Both the position numbers and the translations under genes were made by a program. Positions 25,184 through 38,505 of a stretch of 64,000 nucleotides of DNA are shown here, one piece after another. Origin of the DNA: Lama glama (Eukaryota); assembly GCA_028534125.1 (NCBI GenBank), contig CM052818.1:17362001-17426000 (forward strand), written 5' to 3'. Each line of letters starts with the position of its first letter. Position 1 is the stretch's first letter. The notes beneath the pieces are model-generated. The model had not been told where the DNA came from. It saw only the letters and a list, made by a program, of their open reading frames with translations, and did not search any database.

Positions 25184-28100
25184 AGCTCAAATCACATTTT
25201 TGGAGAAAAAACTGGTTTAAATATATACCTTACTGTCGTATTGTCCTTATGCCATAAATCTGTTAATTGTTACAGTTGTCCCACCACATAAGGTTGCAGC
25301 ACTCATTTCCCATACAAGCCATTTTAGTGCATTAGAAGAAATATAGCAGATTGAAAGCTTCACTCAGCAGACTAGGATCATTAAATCTTAAGGACCCTTA
25401 TAATATTGAACTTGAGAAAGATGAAAGCAGTCACAGTCCATTGATTTCACACAGTGTCGCTCACTAAATGGTCTTCAAACCAAGAGAGCAACCTTTAGAC
25501 CAGCCGGGTCTGTACTGGTCCTGAGCCAAGTATCCAGTCAACAAGGGTGATGCAAAGTTAAGTTGCTGTCTGAGATGTAGTCCTCGCCCGACACGAGCTG
25601 TGCTGTTGAACTGGGTATGAAGACCGGTGGCTGGCACAGCTTGGAGGGCACCAGAGGATGCATGCTCTGACTTCTTCATTCAATGTTACTGCTCTTATTC
25701 TTCTCTTTGTTTTTCTCTTTATTTCTTTTCCTTCTTTGTTAATATCCAAATCATTTAAAATTTCCTTCACTTGTTTGAAGTCCCCTTTTTTCTTCATGTC
25801 TGTACTTTTCACAATTTCTGCAATATACCAACCTTATTAAATTGCAAACTATAATTAAACCTGTTCCATATAACCCATGAATGTTACTGATCAGAATTGC
25901 CTATATGTGTTTGAAGAACCAATAGTTATCTGTGTATAATGACTTGTTTTATTTGGAGTCTGAATAGGTGAATGATGGAGATTGCCCTAGATTCATTCAT
26001 TCAACATTTGTCCAGTGCCATATTACCATATGTGTGATAGTTTTTATCGCTTTAATATGGGACGATTGTGTGAAGGGCAGATTTTTAAAATCTGAGACAT
26101 AAATTACCAAAGATATCCCCGTGTGTTCTTGTTGCTCACTAATTTTATAACCTAGATCAGGTTATTTGTTGTATTGTTTTTTCCCTTGGTAAAAATGATC
26201 ATCACCTTGCCAGTTAGGCTCAACAGGTGCTGGGGAAGAAAAAGGGCATTGTGCTAGATGAAATTCAGCTAGTGTGTTGGGTACCGTCATGTAACTCAGA
26301 AGAAAACATGGTTGTCTACCCTCTGGTGTAAAAGGTTTAATGGCATTTCAAGTGCTTCTATGAATCCACCAGGGAATGAACACTGTGGTGATTTAACTGG
26401 ATATCTAAAAAGGACTTTAAATTCTTTGCCGAAACACATGAACGCAAACAAATGGCTGTGGTCTTGGCAAACATGGGCAGGGTTCCCTTAGGGTGAGAAG
26501 AGTAAGCTCTTGGCTACTGAACTGATGCCTGGTCTTTCTCAACTAGAAGTATGAGGGGAACATGATACCGTGCAGCTACACTTGTAGAGACTATGCTGTC
26601 ACTTTTCCTTGTATTTTCACAACTTAAATTGACTGTTGGAATAGAATAATGACTCCCTTTCTGGATCTGAGTCATATTTGTGACAATAGAACCTACTGAG
26701 GTTCATAATCATTCCTGCCTGGAATGATTCTGTTTTTGTAAGTAGGAATTATCTTAGCATGTATTCACAAAACAGATCTGCCAGGGCGGTTTTTGTTTAA
26801 TAACATTTAACACAACCTTCTGAGTAGTAACCGCAGTAATTACAGATTTTAGGCAGAGAAGACCTAAGTAATTACGCAAATAAGTTTTAATAAATCTTGG
26901 GCTCATTTTAGACTGTCATTTCTGTAGATTTTATATTGTATCGATTTTGGATCAAAGTGCTAGGCTGGTCGTGTGGGGTATATGATTTCAGGAAATAAAA
27001 ATGTTAACTGCTAACAATACTTAGCCAATACTGTATTTTTTTTGGCCTATATTTATGTCTTAATTTTCCATACTTATACAAAGAATTGCTACATGAAATC
27101 AAATGTCCTCTACTATGTCATTTCAAAATCATAAAATATAGCAAACATTTTGTACAAGTACTGTTTAAAGATAAAATAAACTAGAAGCAAGCTATCCCCC
27201 CAGAGAAAACATCGCACGTTATCTGCTAGAGTACCTTGCTGGTAAGCATGCCTTTCTACTTCATGCTCGTGTTAGCTGGACAATTCAGTGTACGCTGGGA
27301 TCCAATCCAGTTGGAGGTGGGGCTAACTTCAGTGGAGTGAATAGAGTTTGAAATGACTATAGAGATTACCTAGAACAACCCCCGCCCCCCATTTTCAGAA
27401 GAGGAAATGAGGATAGTTGGATAGTTTCAAGAACTTTGGCAAAGGCACAGAGCAGTGAGTTAGGGATAGATCGACACTTTCCTGATTCAAGGTTGCTTTT
27501 TATCTGTGTTCATTTGCCGTCTTATTTTCACTTATTTTGACATGGAACAGGTAGAATTTACTAATAAATTCATAGTGCAAACATTGCTCTGGTAAGAGAA
27601 GTAAAGCACGCTATTTATAGAAAAGATCATATTTTTATGTATATTTATATTGTTAACGTATCTTTTCAGAATTAATGAAACCTGTCTTGAGACTGAATTT
27701 GCTGCATTGTTGTTTGTTTTAAAATTGAACTCGTGCGTCCCTTTTAGACAGTGTAAGGGGCATTACGGTTTCATGAGTTTATGTCTTTCGACTTCAGTCT
27801 GTGGGGACTTCTGGCACATTTTCTCTGTTTTTGACTGCACTTTATTATGGGTCAGCTTCACATTTTCATAGGCTGGAACTCATCTTGTTGCTTTCAAAAG
27901 CATCCTAGAAAAGCTTTCATTTTTGCTACCTTTCAGTTTAACTCCAGGAAAAATGAACCTCTCTGGGCTTACCTTCGAGGTTTTCCTTGTTCCATAAAGT
28001 TATTAAGCAAAGTCTGGGGAAACCATTAAGTATTTTGAGTTTATGCATATGACTTCATTTGCAAGGCCAAATTTGGCCTAGAGTAATATGTCTGTAACTT

Positions 28101-29929
28101 GCTTGAAAATTTGTGGTAAGTCTGAGTCCTTTGAGGATTCGGAATGGGGGTGACTTCTGAAATATAAATGCTTATAGCTTTGCAAATTAGAACAAAGAGT
28201 TAATAGTTTAATTAGCAGTCTGGTTGTCTCTATGTGAAATCAACCTGGGGGACAGAAAGTTGAAAAGACTCAGAAAAGCCCATCAAATCTTTTTTGAGGG
28301 TTTTTCTTTCTTAATTTTTTTTTAATTGGAAAGAAGGAAGATTGTACAAAATTCATTATCCACATATTCCCATTTGGACCCCCAATTTAACCTGCCTCAA
28401 AATTGGAGCAGCCATAGAGGAAAATGGGAAGAGACATCTCTCGAGAATCCTCAGTGTCTAGTTTTCACAAGTCACAGTTTTGTCTGGCTGATATCTGTGC
28501 TTCAAATAGAAGGCTTTAGCTATTGTGGTTTAGTGCATCTTGGATGAGCACTCCCCTGATATTGTCTTTCTTTTCAGGAAGTTCATTTCCATAAGTGAGG
28601 TCTGTGACTGGTCATATCAACTGTGCAAAACTGCTTCTTTCTAAGAAAAAGCTTGAACTTCTTCTGCCACTGGTGTTGGCTATGCATGAAAGAAAGTGGT
28701 TGACTAGAAATTGTGGTTCTTTTCTGTGTCCTTGCATTCCAGTCTCCCAAGGACCATGGTTGTATTCCACAGAACAATAGGATCCAAGATGAGTTGGATC
28801 TCCCTCTTGAACCAAACTCTAATGTTTCCTACATCCCTCTAAAGGGATGCCATATACACTCGTGTAAAATGTAGGCTTGTGAAGGGGGTCTCATCTACAT
28901 TGTTAACCCCAATGGAGTTGCATATTTAATGTGATAATTTTCTAGGAAAGAGCCAGCAAATGGCTTGTTCTGACAGAATCAGTGTACTGTTACACTTTTC
29001 CAGCAGTTACAAGTAAAGGGGTTGGAGGAAGATTTGCTTTTCTCTGATTTGCCTAGGGTCATCATATGGACTAGAAGTAACCATGCCCGTTGTGTTCAAG
29101 GAGATAGAGGGTCTAGTAGATCAAAGTTATGGTTACAATACAGAATGTCTAACTAGACTTGTTCTTTGTGGAAAAGCTTTAAAATTTTTTTGTACTGAGG
29201 GCCAACAGAGTTCCCAGTTCAGGGCATACTTTCTGATAGTAGTGGTTTCCATACCTGGTTCTCTCCTTCTGCTATTTAAAGATGAACAACAACAACAACA
29301 GAAATAGAGAAAGCTCAGCGTAATCCACAAATGCAGGGCTTAAAGCCAATTTTGTCACATTTGACCTTATTATTGCTCACCTGTGTAGCATAACTGGTAA
29401 ACCAACATGTCCTAACTTACTAAAGTGCTCTTCATGCAGAAAATGGTTAATAAAATTTTGATGAGCAGAGGAAGCAGATCAACTAGGCACAGTAAGTTAA
29501 CCAAGCAATTACATGCAGAGAACCAAGCAGCAATCAAGCAAAAGACATGCTGAGACAATATCGCATAAACCTTCTCCATAAAACAATTTCTTCAAATTAG
29601 TGGAAGAAAGGGAACCCTGCAAATGGCTCTGATGACAAATATAGCCAATCCAGGTGGGTTTCATGGAAAGGTCTTATTGAAAGGTAAGTATTATTTCTGG
29701 AGACTACTTTAAAGGTAATGAGGACATACAGATTAGCTGTGTCCTGCAAAAATCATTTTAAGAAAAAAGCACATACAATGGTTTTCATTAGAGCATCCTT
29801 TCTAACTTATGCATTTGATCCAGAAAATGTCTTCCATTGTGCACATAAGTTTGCTAAGTGTTACAGGACTGGAAAGGTGATGTAATATTCTCATATGGAA
29901 GAAGATGGCTAAATTTAAACATGTAAAAC

Positions 29930-30340
29930 TTGTTATGTTCTCTACTTATCCTATTCCTTCTCTGATGCTCCGTATCTCTAAATGAATGGCGTAGGATCTG
30001 TACCCTTTCCAGGTCAGAAACCTAGGGGAGAGCTTTGATTTTTTTTCCTCTTTCCCTCTCCACATCCAGTCAATCATCAGTTTTTACAACATGACCTCCT
30101 TTACGCTTCTCTAATCTGTCTACTGCTTTTCATGGTCATTATATTTTCTTCTTCTTTTTGTGAAATAACCTTCTGCTGGGCATTCTCACCTCATCTCCCC
30201 AGCCATTCTGTTTTCTGCATAGAAGCTTCAGTAATCTTGCTAAGATTCTAGGCTGATCATGTTATTTCCCCAATGAAAATCTTCCACATGAATCCCCTCG
30301 GGCTCTAGTATAAAGCCCATCCTCCTTGTCAGGAGTGTCT
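29930..30340 (+). mobile_element. LINE-2 fragment
   Basis: ccaggtcagaaacctagggg...ccacatccagtcaatcatcag...ctgatcatgttatttcccc. Confidence 0.65.
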
Positions 30341-31840
30341 TTGACATGATGCAGACTATCTGGGAAGAATTTGGATAGAAGATAGTAAAAAGCATGATAA
30401 CTGATGTCTCCAAGGTGAGTGACCAGGCAGCTTGTGGAAGGGACGTGGCTGTTTTGTGCGTGTCCCTACACAGTTACTCCAGCATGCTAACACCTCTTCG
30501 TTTGATCCACCTATTGGTGAATGCCCTAGGAAGTGAATGCCCTGGAAATTGTCTTTTCCGATTCTAAATTCATTGTGTCCATCTTCCTCATGGGTGCAGA
30601 CAGTGTGGGTTTTATGGTTTCATGTCATTAGTGGGATTGAAAGGGAAATTGGCTGTGCTGTTTTGGGAATCCACACCTCAAAATGTGTTATATAGTACGT
30701 AGAGGAGAAATGCCATTTGCCAGACAGATAAGAACATGGTAAATGAATATGGAAATAAGTGCTGGTTACAAATATCAAAATGGCAGGAGAATAAAAAATG
30801 TTGGAGCCTTTCTTGATATGAGGATTTTCACGTTGCCTGAAAAAACAAGTAACATCTTGTGGGGAAAAAGTTTTACTTTTCTATCCTTTAAAATGCCCCT
30901 TTATAATTATTTTTAGATGTTTATTTGCATGAAAAATAAATGAAAAACCAGCTTGAGATTTTTTTTTTTTTGATTTAGAGTCTGCTTATTTTAGCTTCGA
31001 AAGAGTCTGAATTTGAGTAGCATCAAGAGAGACTTATTTTAGGCCACTTTTCAAGGGAGGGGTTATTCTTTGATTTTCATTTGTTCTGCTTTGTTATTTT
31101 AAGTAATCTCTCCCCAGGGTGATATTGATTATCTAAAAGTTCACCTTCTCTGATCAAAGAATATGGCACTTTATTTTCTTTCCTGAGAATATATGTATGT
31201 ATAAAATATGCACACAGTCTTTATTTTATATCAGCTTTAAGTTTATGCTCATTAAAGTTGAGAAAGAGTGTGTAAATGTATATGATTCCATGACTATATA
31301 CAAATGTATACTCCAAAATAGCATATGATAAATGTGTATCAACCGAAAATTAAGACTTTTTCTTTTGTTCCAAAGTTAACATTTGAAGAGAAAGTAAATC
31401 AGCTGGTAGGTTTTTTGAATAATCTTTTTTTCCGAGTACTTCAATTTGTAGCTTTTTGATGGTGTTTTCTAAATTATAGTTCTTTTCAAGACACCGAGAA
31501 AAGTTGCTGAAGTACAGATTTTGACACATTATGTTTCTCTATGTTTCCAGCTTCCCCTTAATAAGTCCTTTGTTATGCATGTAATGCAAAGGTATTTGAT
31601 TCTAAAACATCGAATGTAAACAAAGATATCATCAAAGTGGTTTTTGATATTATGTATTTTATTTTGTTTACCATGTCAGATGTTGTTATATATCTGTGAA
31701 GTATCTAGTGGTATTCTAGGCTCTGGAATAAATATAAGGAACCATGGTAACTAGTTCTTATCCTCAAGTTAGAGGCAAGTAATGTAAAACCAATACAAAT
31801 GAAATAAGGAGAATGTACAATTCACTCCAGGCTGATATTT

Positions 31841-31841
31841 T

Positions 31842-31901
<60 letters not shown>

Positions 31902-31910
31902 CATATATAT
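31841..31910. repeat. (TA)n microsatellite
   Basis: Pure (TA)23 at 31851-31896 with degenerate flanks. Confidence 0.97.
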
Positions 31911-32288
31911 TCATTGTTGTTGCTATTGTTGTGACTATTCTCAAGAAATAGAGAGAAAATCATCACTGCTTTGCTGTAGAAGTCATATCCCTTATCGTTC
32001 ACTCTAGGTAAATGTTCCTCAGAATGTTGCTGTAAAATATTATTTAGCATTTTCAATTAGTGTATAAAAATACCTCTAAAGAACACTTCTCCAAATTTTT
32101 TATTGCTAAGCTTCCCTGATAATTCTTTACTTTCTGTGGGGAAATACAAAGATTTTTCTCTGAGAATGAAATTCAAATGAAGAAACCCTTTTCTATTTTT
32201 AATTTGATCAAGTTACTATTTTTTTTTCTTTTCTGAAACTAGTAGACTTAGATGGCAGAATAATATGATAAATATGAATGATGGGTCA

Positions 32289-32763
32289 TGGATATCAAAG
32301 AAGAATTGCACCAGACAAGTTAAACCATCAAGGATGACTTTATTCAAGAGTTTTGTGATAGGGGAGAGAGACTGAAGTCAGCTCCACTGAAGCAAAAGGC
32401 AGGAGATGTTTTAAACACTGGGGTGAGCTGGAGGGGAACTACTGGAGGACACTGAGAGTGGAAAAGGACGGTTACTCACGGTGCTGAGGTCTTGGTATTG
32501 CTAACTGGTGCTTATCCAAATTTGGCTTCTACTCTCCCCCAGAAACCCGGACAGAGGAAACTATCTTTCCTGTTGATTACATTTCGAAGAGATGGCTCCC
32601 AGGCCCTGGAGAAAGACATACTTGAGTTATATAACTATCCAGAAGCTAGGAGAAGTTTTATGTCTCAAAGGGACAGAGAAGGAATTCACAATTAGAATTT
32701 CCTAAGTAAATGCTCTCTCTGTATAGTCAAGCAGAGGGGTCAGTGTGGGTCAGTTAATTTCAC
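32289..32763 (-). mobile_element. ERV1-class LTR relic (MER67-like)
   Basis: gattacatttcgaagagatggctcccaggccctggagaaagaca and tctcaaagggacagagaaggaattcacaat resemble the antisense MER67-group LTR; gactttattcaag is a minus-strand polyA signal. Confidence 0.65.
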
Positions 32764-33220
32764 TTTGCCTCAAGGTCACTGACAGCATTCTTTACCATAT
32801 TTTTCAAATATGTGCCATTTAGATTTTGTAAGAGAAAAAAGGATTAGGGAATGGGGTAGATTTATGAAAACATATGACCACCCCCAACCCCACCCTAGAT
32901 ATGCCAGGGTGAGTAATATTTGCCAAGTATAAGTAGGGTAATAGGTTATTACTAGCCATCCGTTGGAAAGTTTTGGTAAGAGGTTTCACATTACTTTGTG
33001 ACCATGGACAAATCGAGTTACATTTGTGAACACCGATTTCTTTCAAATTTGTGAAATAGAGATAATTATAGTTTCTCTGTCAAATGTACTTGACTGTCAT
33101 AAGTATAAGAAACACTTGGAAATGTTTTGTCATTTTGTCTTAAAGGCTATATAAACACCTTTTGTTGTAAAAATGAGACCTCCATAATACACAGATATGA
33201 ACAAAATGTAAGGTTTTTTT

Positions 33221-33269
33221 TTCTTCTTCTTCTCTTCTCTTCTCTTCTCTTCTCTTCTCTTCTCTTCTC
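33221..33269. repeat. (TTCTC)n pentanucleotide microsatellite
   Basis: About 8 tandem ttctc units after (ttc)3. Confidence 0.95.
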
Positions 33270-33309
33270 CCCCGCCCCCTCCTCATATAGTTACAGTTCA
33301 CTGGTCCCA

Positions 33310-33580
33310 GCTGGGAGGGTGCGGTTCTCAACCTATGGCTTCCATCTCTAGGTCTAAGGCAGCTGGCTGGGTTTTGGGTCATTACTTATCAAGAAGAGGG
33401 ACATGGGCAGGGAAGTGCAGGTGCATTTCAGGGCCAGAACTGGAGGAATCACACATCATTTTTGCTGGTGCATCACTGGCCAGAATGTTGTCACATGGCT
33501 CTGTCAAGCTGCAAGGGAGAGTGGGAAATGTAGGCTCTAGCTGGACAGCTGTATGCCCAACTTACAGACAACTTGGCTGA
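33310..33580. mobile_element. MaLR (MLT1-type) LTR fragment
   Basis: tggccagaatgttgtcacatggc...gctgcaagggagagtgggaaatgtag, characteristic of old MLT1 LTRs. Confidence 0.65.
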
Positions 33581-36500
33581 ATGCTCTGCTCTGAGCTCTG
33601 TCGTTAACGAAGGTGAAATGAGTGGTGAGGAACATGAGCAGACTTCACCATAGACGTAAGTGGAGAGAATGATCAAGACAACAGAAACTTCTTCAAAGGG
33701 ACAAATTGGGTAATACCAAGTAAGTCAGGACAGTGCAGTGCACTATTAAAATACCAAAATTCAGTCAAATTGACAGCTGATTCTTTCTCAGAAAACAAAA
33801 GCTGGGTTTCTCTTCAGGTCTTTTTTTTTTTCTTTTCCCAGTGCCTCCTACGGCTTGATATGCACAATTGTGTTGACAGCATCCAAACAATAGTTACAAA
33901 ATTATCTTGCATTAAAAGCCCATGTAGCCAGGCAACTATTATTTTAATGCTAAGTATGTTTAACAGGGAACCTCATTTGGTACATGGTCTGTAACCTAGT
34001 AGCATCATTTGTCTCAGTATATTGTTGAATTTTCAGAAAGCTCTCTATGTTACATTTTAATTCTTGCAAATTGCTTGCCCATTTAATACGAGCTGCATCT
34101 AAACAGTAAGTAATTGCTTATGATAATGAGTGCAAACTAATTTGCTAGAATATGTTAATATTCACAAAGCGCTTTTATACTGCCTGCTGTTCCAAAAATA
34201 CTGCTCTCTTGGTTAAATGTAGCTTTTGGATGGCATTACTGTTACACATCTGACTAAAATCAACACTTCAGTAACATCTACCCAAAACTCATATTACTGT
34301 CACTTCAATATACCTAAAAAGGAACTGAAAGTCACGTCATCTTTTGATTAATGATTTAGAATGTTCGAGGAAACAAAGAATCACGTTCTTAATAATTAAT
34401 TCTAATTAGTGATTAATAGTAGTAAGCAGACTATACTGAGTTAGAAATGGCCTCTTTTCCCCACAAGAGTCATTAAACCTAATTTAAACGACTTTAAAGG
34501 CAGATGGCATGACAAACTTCATTTGAATACAATAACCAATTGAAAACGAGTTAAGTTTTTAAGGATGAATCTAGATATGGGTGTTTTTAAACTTTAAGCT
34601 TACTTTACCCCTTACCAGTGCCCTACCCTCTTTGTCCTTTAGGTCTTTCTCCATCTTTTTCAGAGAGGCTATTTGAAAACTCTAGAGTTCAAAGACATAT
34701 TTCAAACCTGAGGGTCTTTTGCGACTGGGGACCCGAGCATCCAAGGATCTGAAGTGCAAATAAGAACCACCTTGTAATTTTAGTCTAGGAAGAAAAAATT
34801 TTCTGAACCAAATACAAAAGAAGAAACATTTGACACTTCCCTGGCCCAGGGCCAATTTGACACTTTAATCCGCTCTCTAATGTTTCAATCATTTCAACTT
34901 CAAAAATGACTCTCACACACAGTTATGTATGAGTGGTGAAATAGAATGATCTCTGTAGAGAACCCTTTGTTTTTTTCTTCTGTTATTTTCAAAATTCATT
35001 TCCTTTGTTAAATTCCTTTGACTAAATTAAAAAAAAATCTTCCATCTTTGGATTTTAAATCTTTCAAATACCCACAATTGCTTGTCAAAGTAAGTGGTCT
35101 AACCTCCCATTTTTTTGTTCTATCTCATAACTTCTATTATGAAAATATGTAGATTGATACCTCTCAGAACTGGCTGAATTTTATTCTTATTGTCATCTTC
35201 ATAAGCTGTTTGAAACAGTCTGAGATGAGGAATGAATAAACAAGCAAAACAACGTTTTATATACTTAAATTTAGGTTGCTGTAGCTGTTACTTTTCTACT
35301 AAGCACAGACTAACACTTAAGAAGATGAGAAGTGGTTTTGTTTCTGATAAAATGGAATGAAAAGATTCAAGATAAGTATCAAATGTCACCAAGACGCTTA
35401 TTAAATTCAGTTCCTCTCTCATGACAGCAATATCACATGTTTTTCTGCATTTGTTATGTGACTCTTTGTTAAGGAAATTTGCATTTCATAGAATCATGAA
35501 TATACTGAAATACTAGAACTGATCTAGTCCTCTTTTAATACTGACCTTGAACAGTCCTAATTTTACTATATGATTTGTACTCTGTATCTAGAGATTTAAT
35601 TCAAGAGACAAAGAGATAGGAAATAATGGTGCTTAAAAATGCATCATAAAAAATAATGTCTCAATATAAGTGGATCTACTCCCTGTTTCTGGGAACCCAT
35701 TCTGTGCCTCTGTGACTTTTCTCATGAAAATCCTGCCCAAAAAAATTACATTTGCCCTTATTTTTTCCAGAATCATATTAAATTAAATTTTATTTTCTCC
35801 AAAAAGAATTTGGGGGTTATTTCAGGAGAACAAGTAAATTCTCTGGTTTGACTGAAGTAGGCAGTTGGTTTGTATGGAGTATATTCAAAGTTAGCATAAG
35901 GGTTTTTCCCTTAAATTGGGAGAGTGGTTTGATCCCTGAAGTTCCATGAATAGAGGAGTGATTACAGATAACATTTCAAAAAAAAAAATTGAATCTGATG
36001 TTAGTTTGTAAGGTAAATTTAAATGAAAGAGAGCTGGAAAGATACTAGATCAGTAAGGATGAGTGTTTATTACATTTAAGATCAAAGGTGACACCATATG
36101 AACAATGGCTGTAAGAATGGAAACATAAAAGAAAAATTCAGGAATTCACATCTGATTGAATGAGCAGTTGTGGAAAAGCTGGATGCCAGAGCTATAACGT
36201 ATACCTTTCTATTGTCTCCAGAATCTAACATGTTTTATACACCGCAAATGCTTGATTAATTTTTACTGAGTATATGGATGTCTTTAGTTCTTGAATTATG
36301 GTGCTGTGTTGCCTTTGCATTCTCTTTCTACAGCAGAATCCTTCTGCTGTTCTCCCAGCATTTTGCTTTGCTTTTGTCAAAAATCCCAACTCCTTATTTT
36401 GAGTTAGTCTTTCCCGACCACCTCACTAAGCCATCTGGCTTTCAACTTTTCAAGCAACCTCTAAAATAATCTCACATAGGATTTTGTTGTTATTGTTATG

Positions 36501-36607
36501 TTGGAAGAGATATGAATTTTTCCTTTCTAATGACCACTGTTCTCTGTCTTTTGACTCACCTTTTTCATCTCGGCCGCAGTCTGTACTAATTTCTGCACGT
36601 GTCAATA

Positions 36608-36920
36608 TCACATTGCCTCTAGCTGTGAAGTCTCCTTAGTCCCTGTGATCTGGAATAACTCCTCAGTCTTTTTTTGTTTTTTCTAATCTTGGCTTTTTTT
36701 TGAAGAATGCTATCAGTTATTTTGTAGTTGTATCCCTTAATTTGAGTTTCTTGGATGTTTACCTGTGATTAGAATGAGGCTGTGAATTTTTGGCAAAACA
36801 GTATAGAAATGATGTGCCCTTCTCTGCACGTCATGTTTGGAGGACCTGAATTCCGTGTCTTCTTACTGGTGCTGGTAATTTTGATCATTTGGTTACTGTG
36901 CTGTCTCCTGAGTTCCTGTG
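36608..36920 (-). mobile_element. Old L1 (L1MC-type) 3' fragment
   Basis: gtctccttagtc...ttttgaagaat...cagttattttgtag...tgattagaatgaggctgtgaatttttggc...ttttgatcatttggtta. Confidence 0.7.
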
Positions 36921-38349
36921 ATGATTGATAAATTCTTAAAGCTTAAGGACTAGCCGGTAGCAGGTTATAGCCACCTCTTCCCTGTAAATTATGGAGAACT
37001 TTGGACTAGATTATTCAAGAAAATTGTGGGATCTAATAACTGACTCTTTGATGGTCATCATTACCTGGTTGGAGAATCTCATGACTGTTCATCAGAGTTG
37101 TTTCTTACACCGATATAATGAAATGGAGAATGGTGTTCCTTATCAGGACCATCCAGGCAATCTGTCCCCTCAGCTGAGTTTCTGTATTTGACCAGTAAAA
37201 TTATTCAGATTTCTGAGAAATAGGTATTGGCATGGAATTTGTTAAATTCATCTGAGAATCAGGAACCTCATGTTATCCATCATTTGTATCACCAGTCCTG
37301 ACTTAGTTCAAGCATTATATTAGCCTCTTATTTGTGATTAGTATATGAATAAAAGCACAGAAGTTTGATGAGGAGGCCAGGAATTAAAGCAAGACCCCTT
37401 TCTTAAGGCTGCATACTGAAGATGGAAATTTCCATAAAAGATAACTCTGACATCTTATATAAGAGTTTGCTAATTAAAAACAAGTTCTATAGATGATAAA
37501 GAGAGGGAATTCACCTTGGCTGGAATGAGAGCGAGAAGCAGGACTGAGAAGAAATCCAGGTACAGCAGAAAAGCATAAACCAGCAGAAGTACAAGTCACT
37601 TTGGGAGAAAACTATGCATCCTGCATGTGCGTGCCTCGGTGATAGAGTTGGAGCTTAGTTTGAAGTGACTTCTGAATCAGAAACTAATATTCTATCCGGT
37701 TCTAGTCCAAAATTACTAGTAAGTAGTTTTAATTGGGGCCTCGTCAGGTGGAGAATGATTTAACTAGAGCAGATCAGCGGGAAGACAGCAAATGAGAGGA
37801 ACTAAGATTAGAAACCAAACAAAAGCAAAACTTCTAGTTTTAGCCTAAAATTATTACAAATTTTATTGTTTATATGGTGGCCTCAAAGTAGTTCCAAATA
37901 ACGACATGCACTTTTGTGCTTAGGATTTAGTTCCACTGCTAAAGGCAGGAAATGGTGTCACTGCCAAAAATGTGTAAGATCTCTCTGTTGTAGAATAAAA
38001 GTGATTATGGTATTAATAATAAGGCTTTGGCTTCCATGTCTCTGTTCAGCCATTTGGAAGCCTCAGAATAAACTGAAAGCTGAGATGGCTTCTGAGGCAG
38101 GATGCTTGTCATAAAGCTTTGTAAAGGCCCCACACCTTTTAAAGATTCAGGCTAGACTCTGAAAATGTCAGAATATGAATGAATCATTTCTGCTAAGTGT
38201 TATTTCAGAAACTTTGAGTCTCCCTGTACCAGACCAGGGAAACCTCATTAGAAAAACTCTAGAAATGATTAAAGTGAGACCTTGATTTGTGAATTTTAGC
38301 TCATTTTGCCAAACAAGAAGCAGTCATTTGATCTTAGCTCTTCATTGGA

Positions 38350-38505
38350 TGGTGGAAGAGTTCTAGGAATAGACTTGGGCACAGCCATCACCATCTGTGT
38401 GACATGGAGAAGCCACTCGATTTCTCTGGGTCTCCATTTTGTCATTTGTATAAGGAAAGTTTCCCTTAATCATCTCCAAGAGCATTTCAGCATTAAGTCT
38501 ATGTT
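38350..38505 (+). mobile_element. MIR3-like fragment
   Basis: ctgtgtgacatggagaagccactcgatttctctgggtctccattttgtcatttgtataa. Confidence 0.5.

Noticed and set aside
28555..28600. Strong acceptor (ttgtctttcttttcAG) with a nearby GTGAGG giving a 17-nt exon
   Set aside because: Weak donor context (TAA|GTGAGG), frameshifting and without supporting features.
31769..33382. ORFs with IYIYIY, LFSSLLFSS or EEKRREEKRR repeats
   Set aside because: These are translations of the (TA)n and (TTCTC)n microsatellites.
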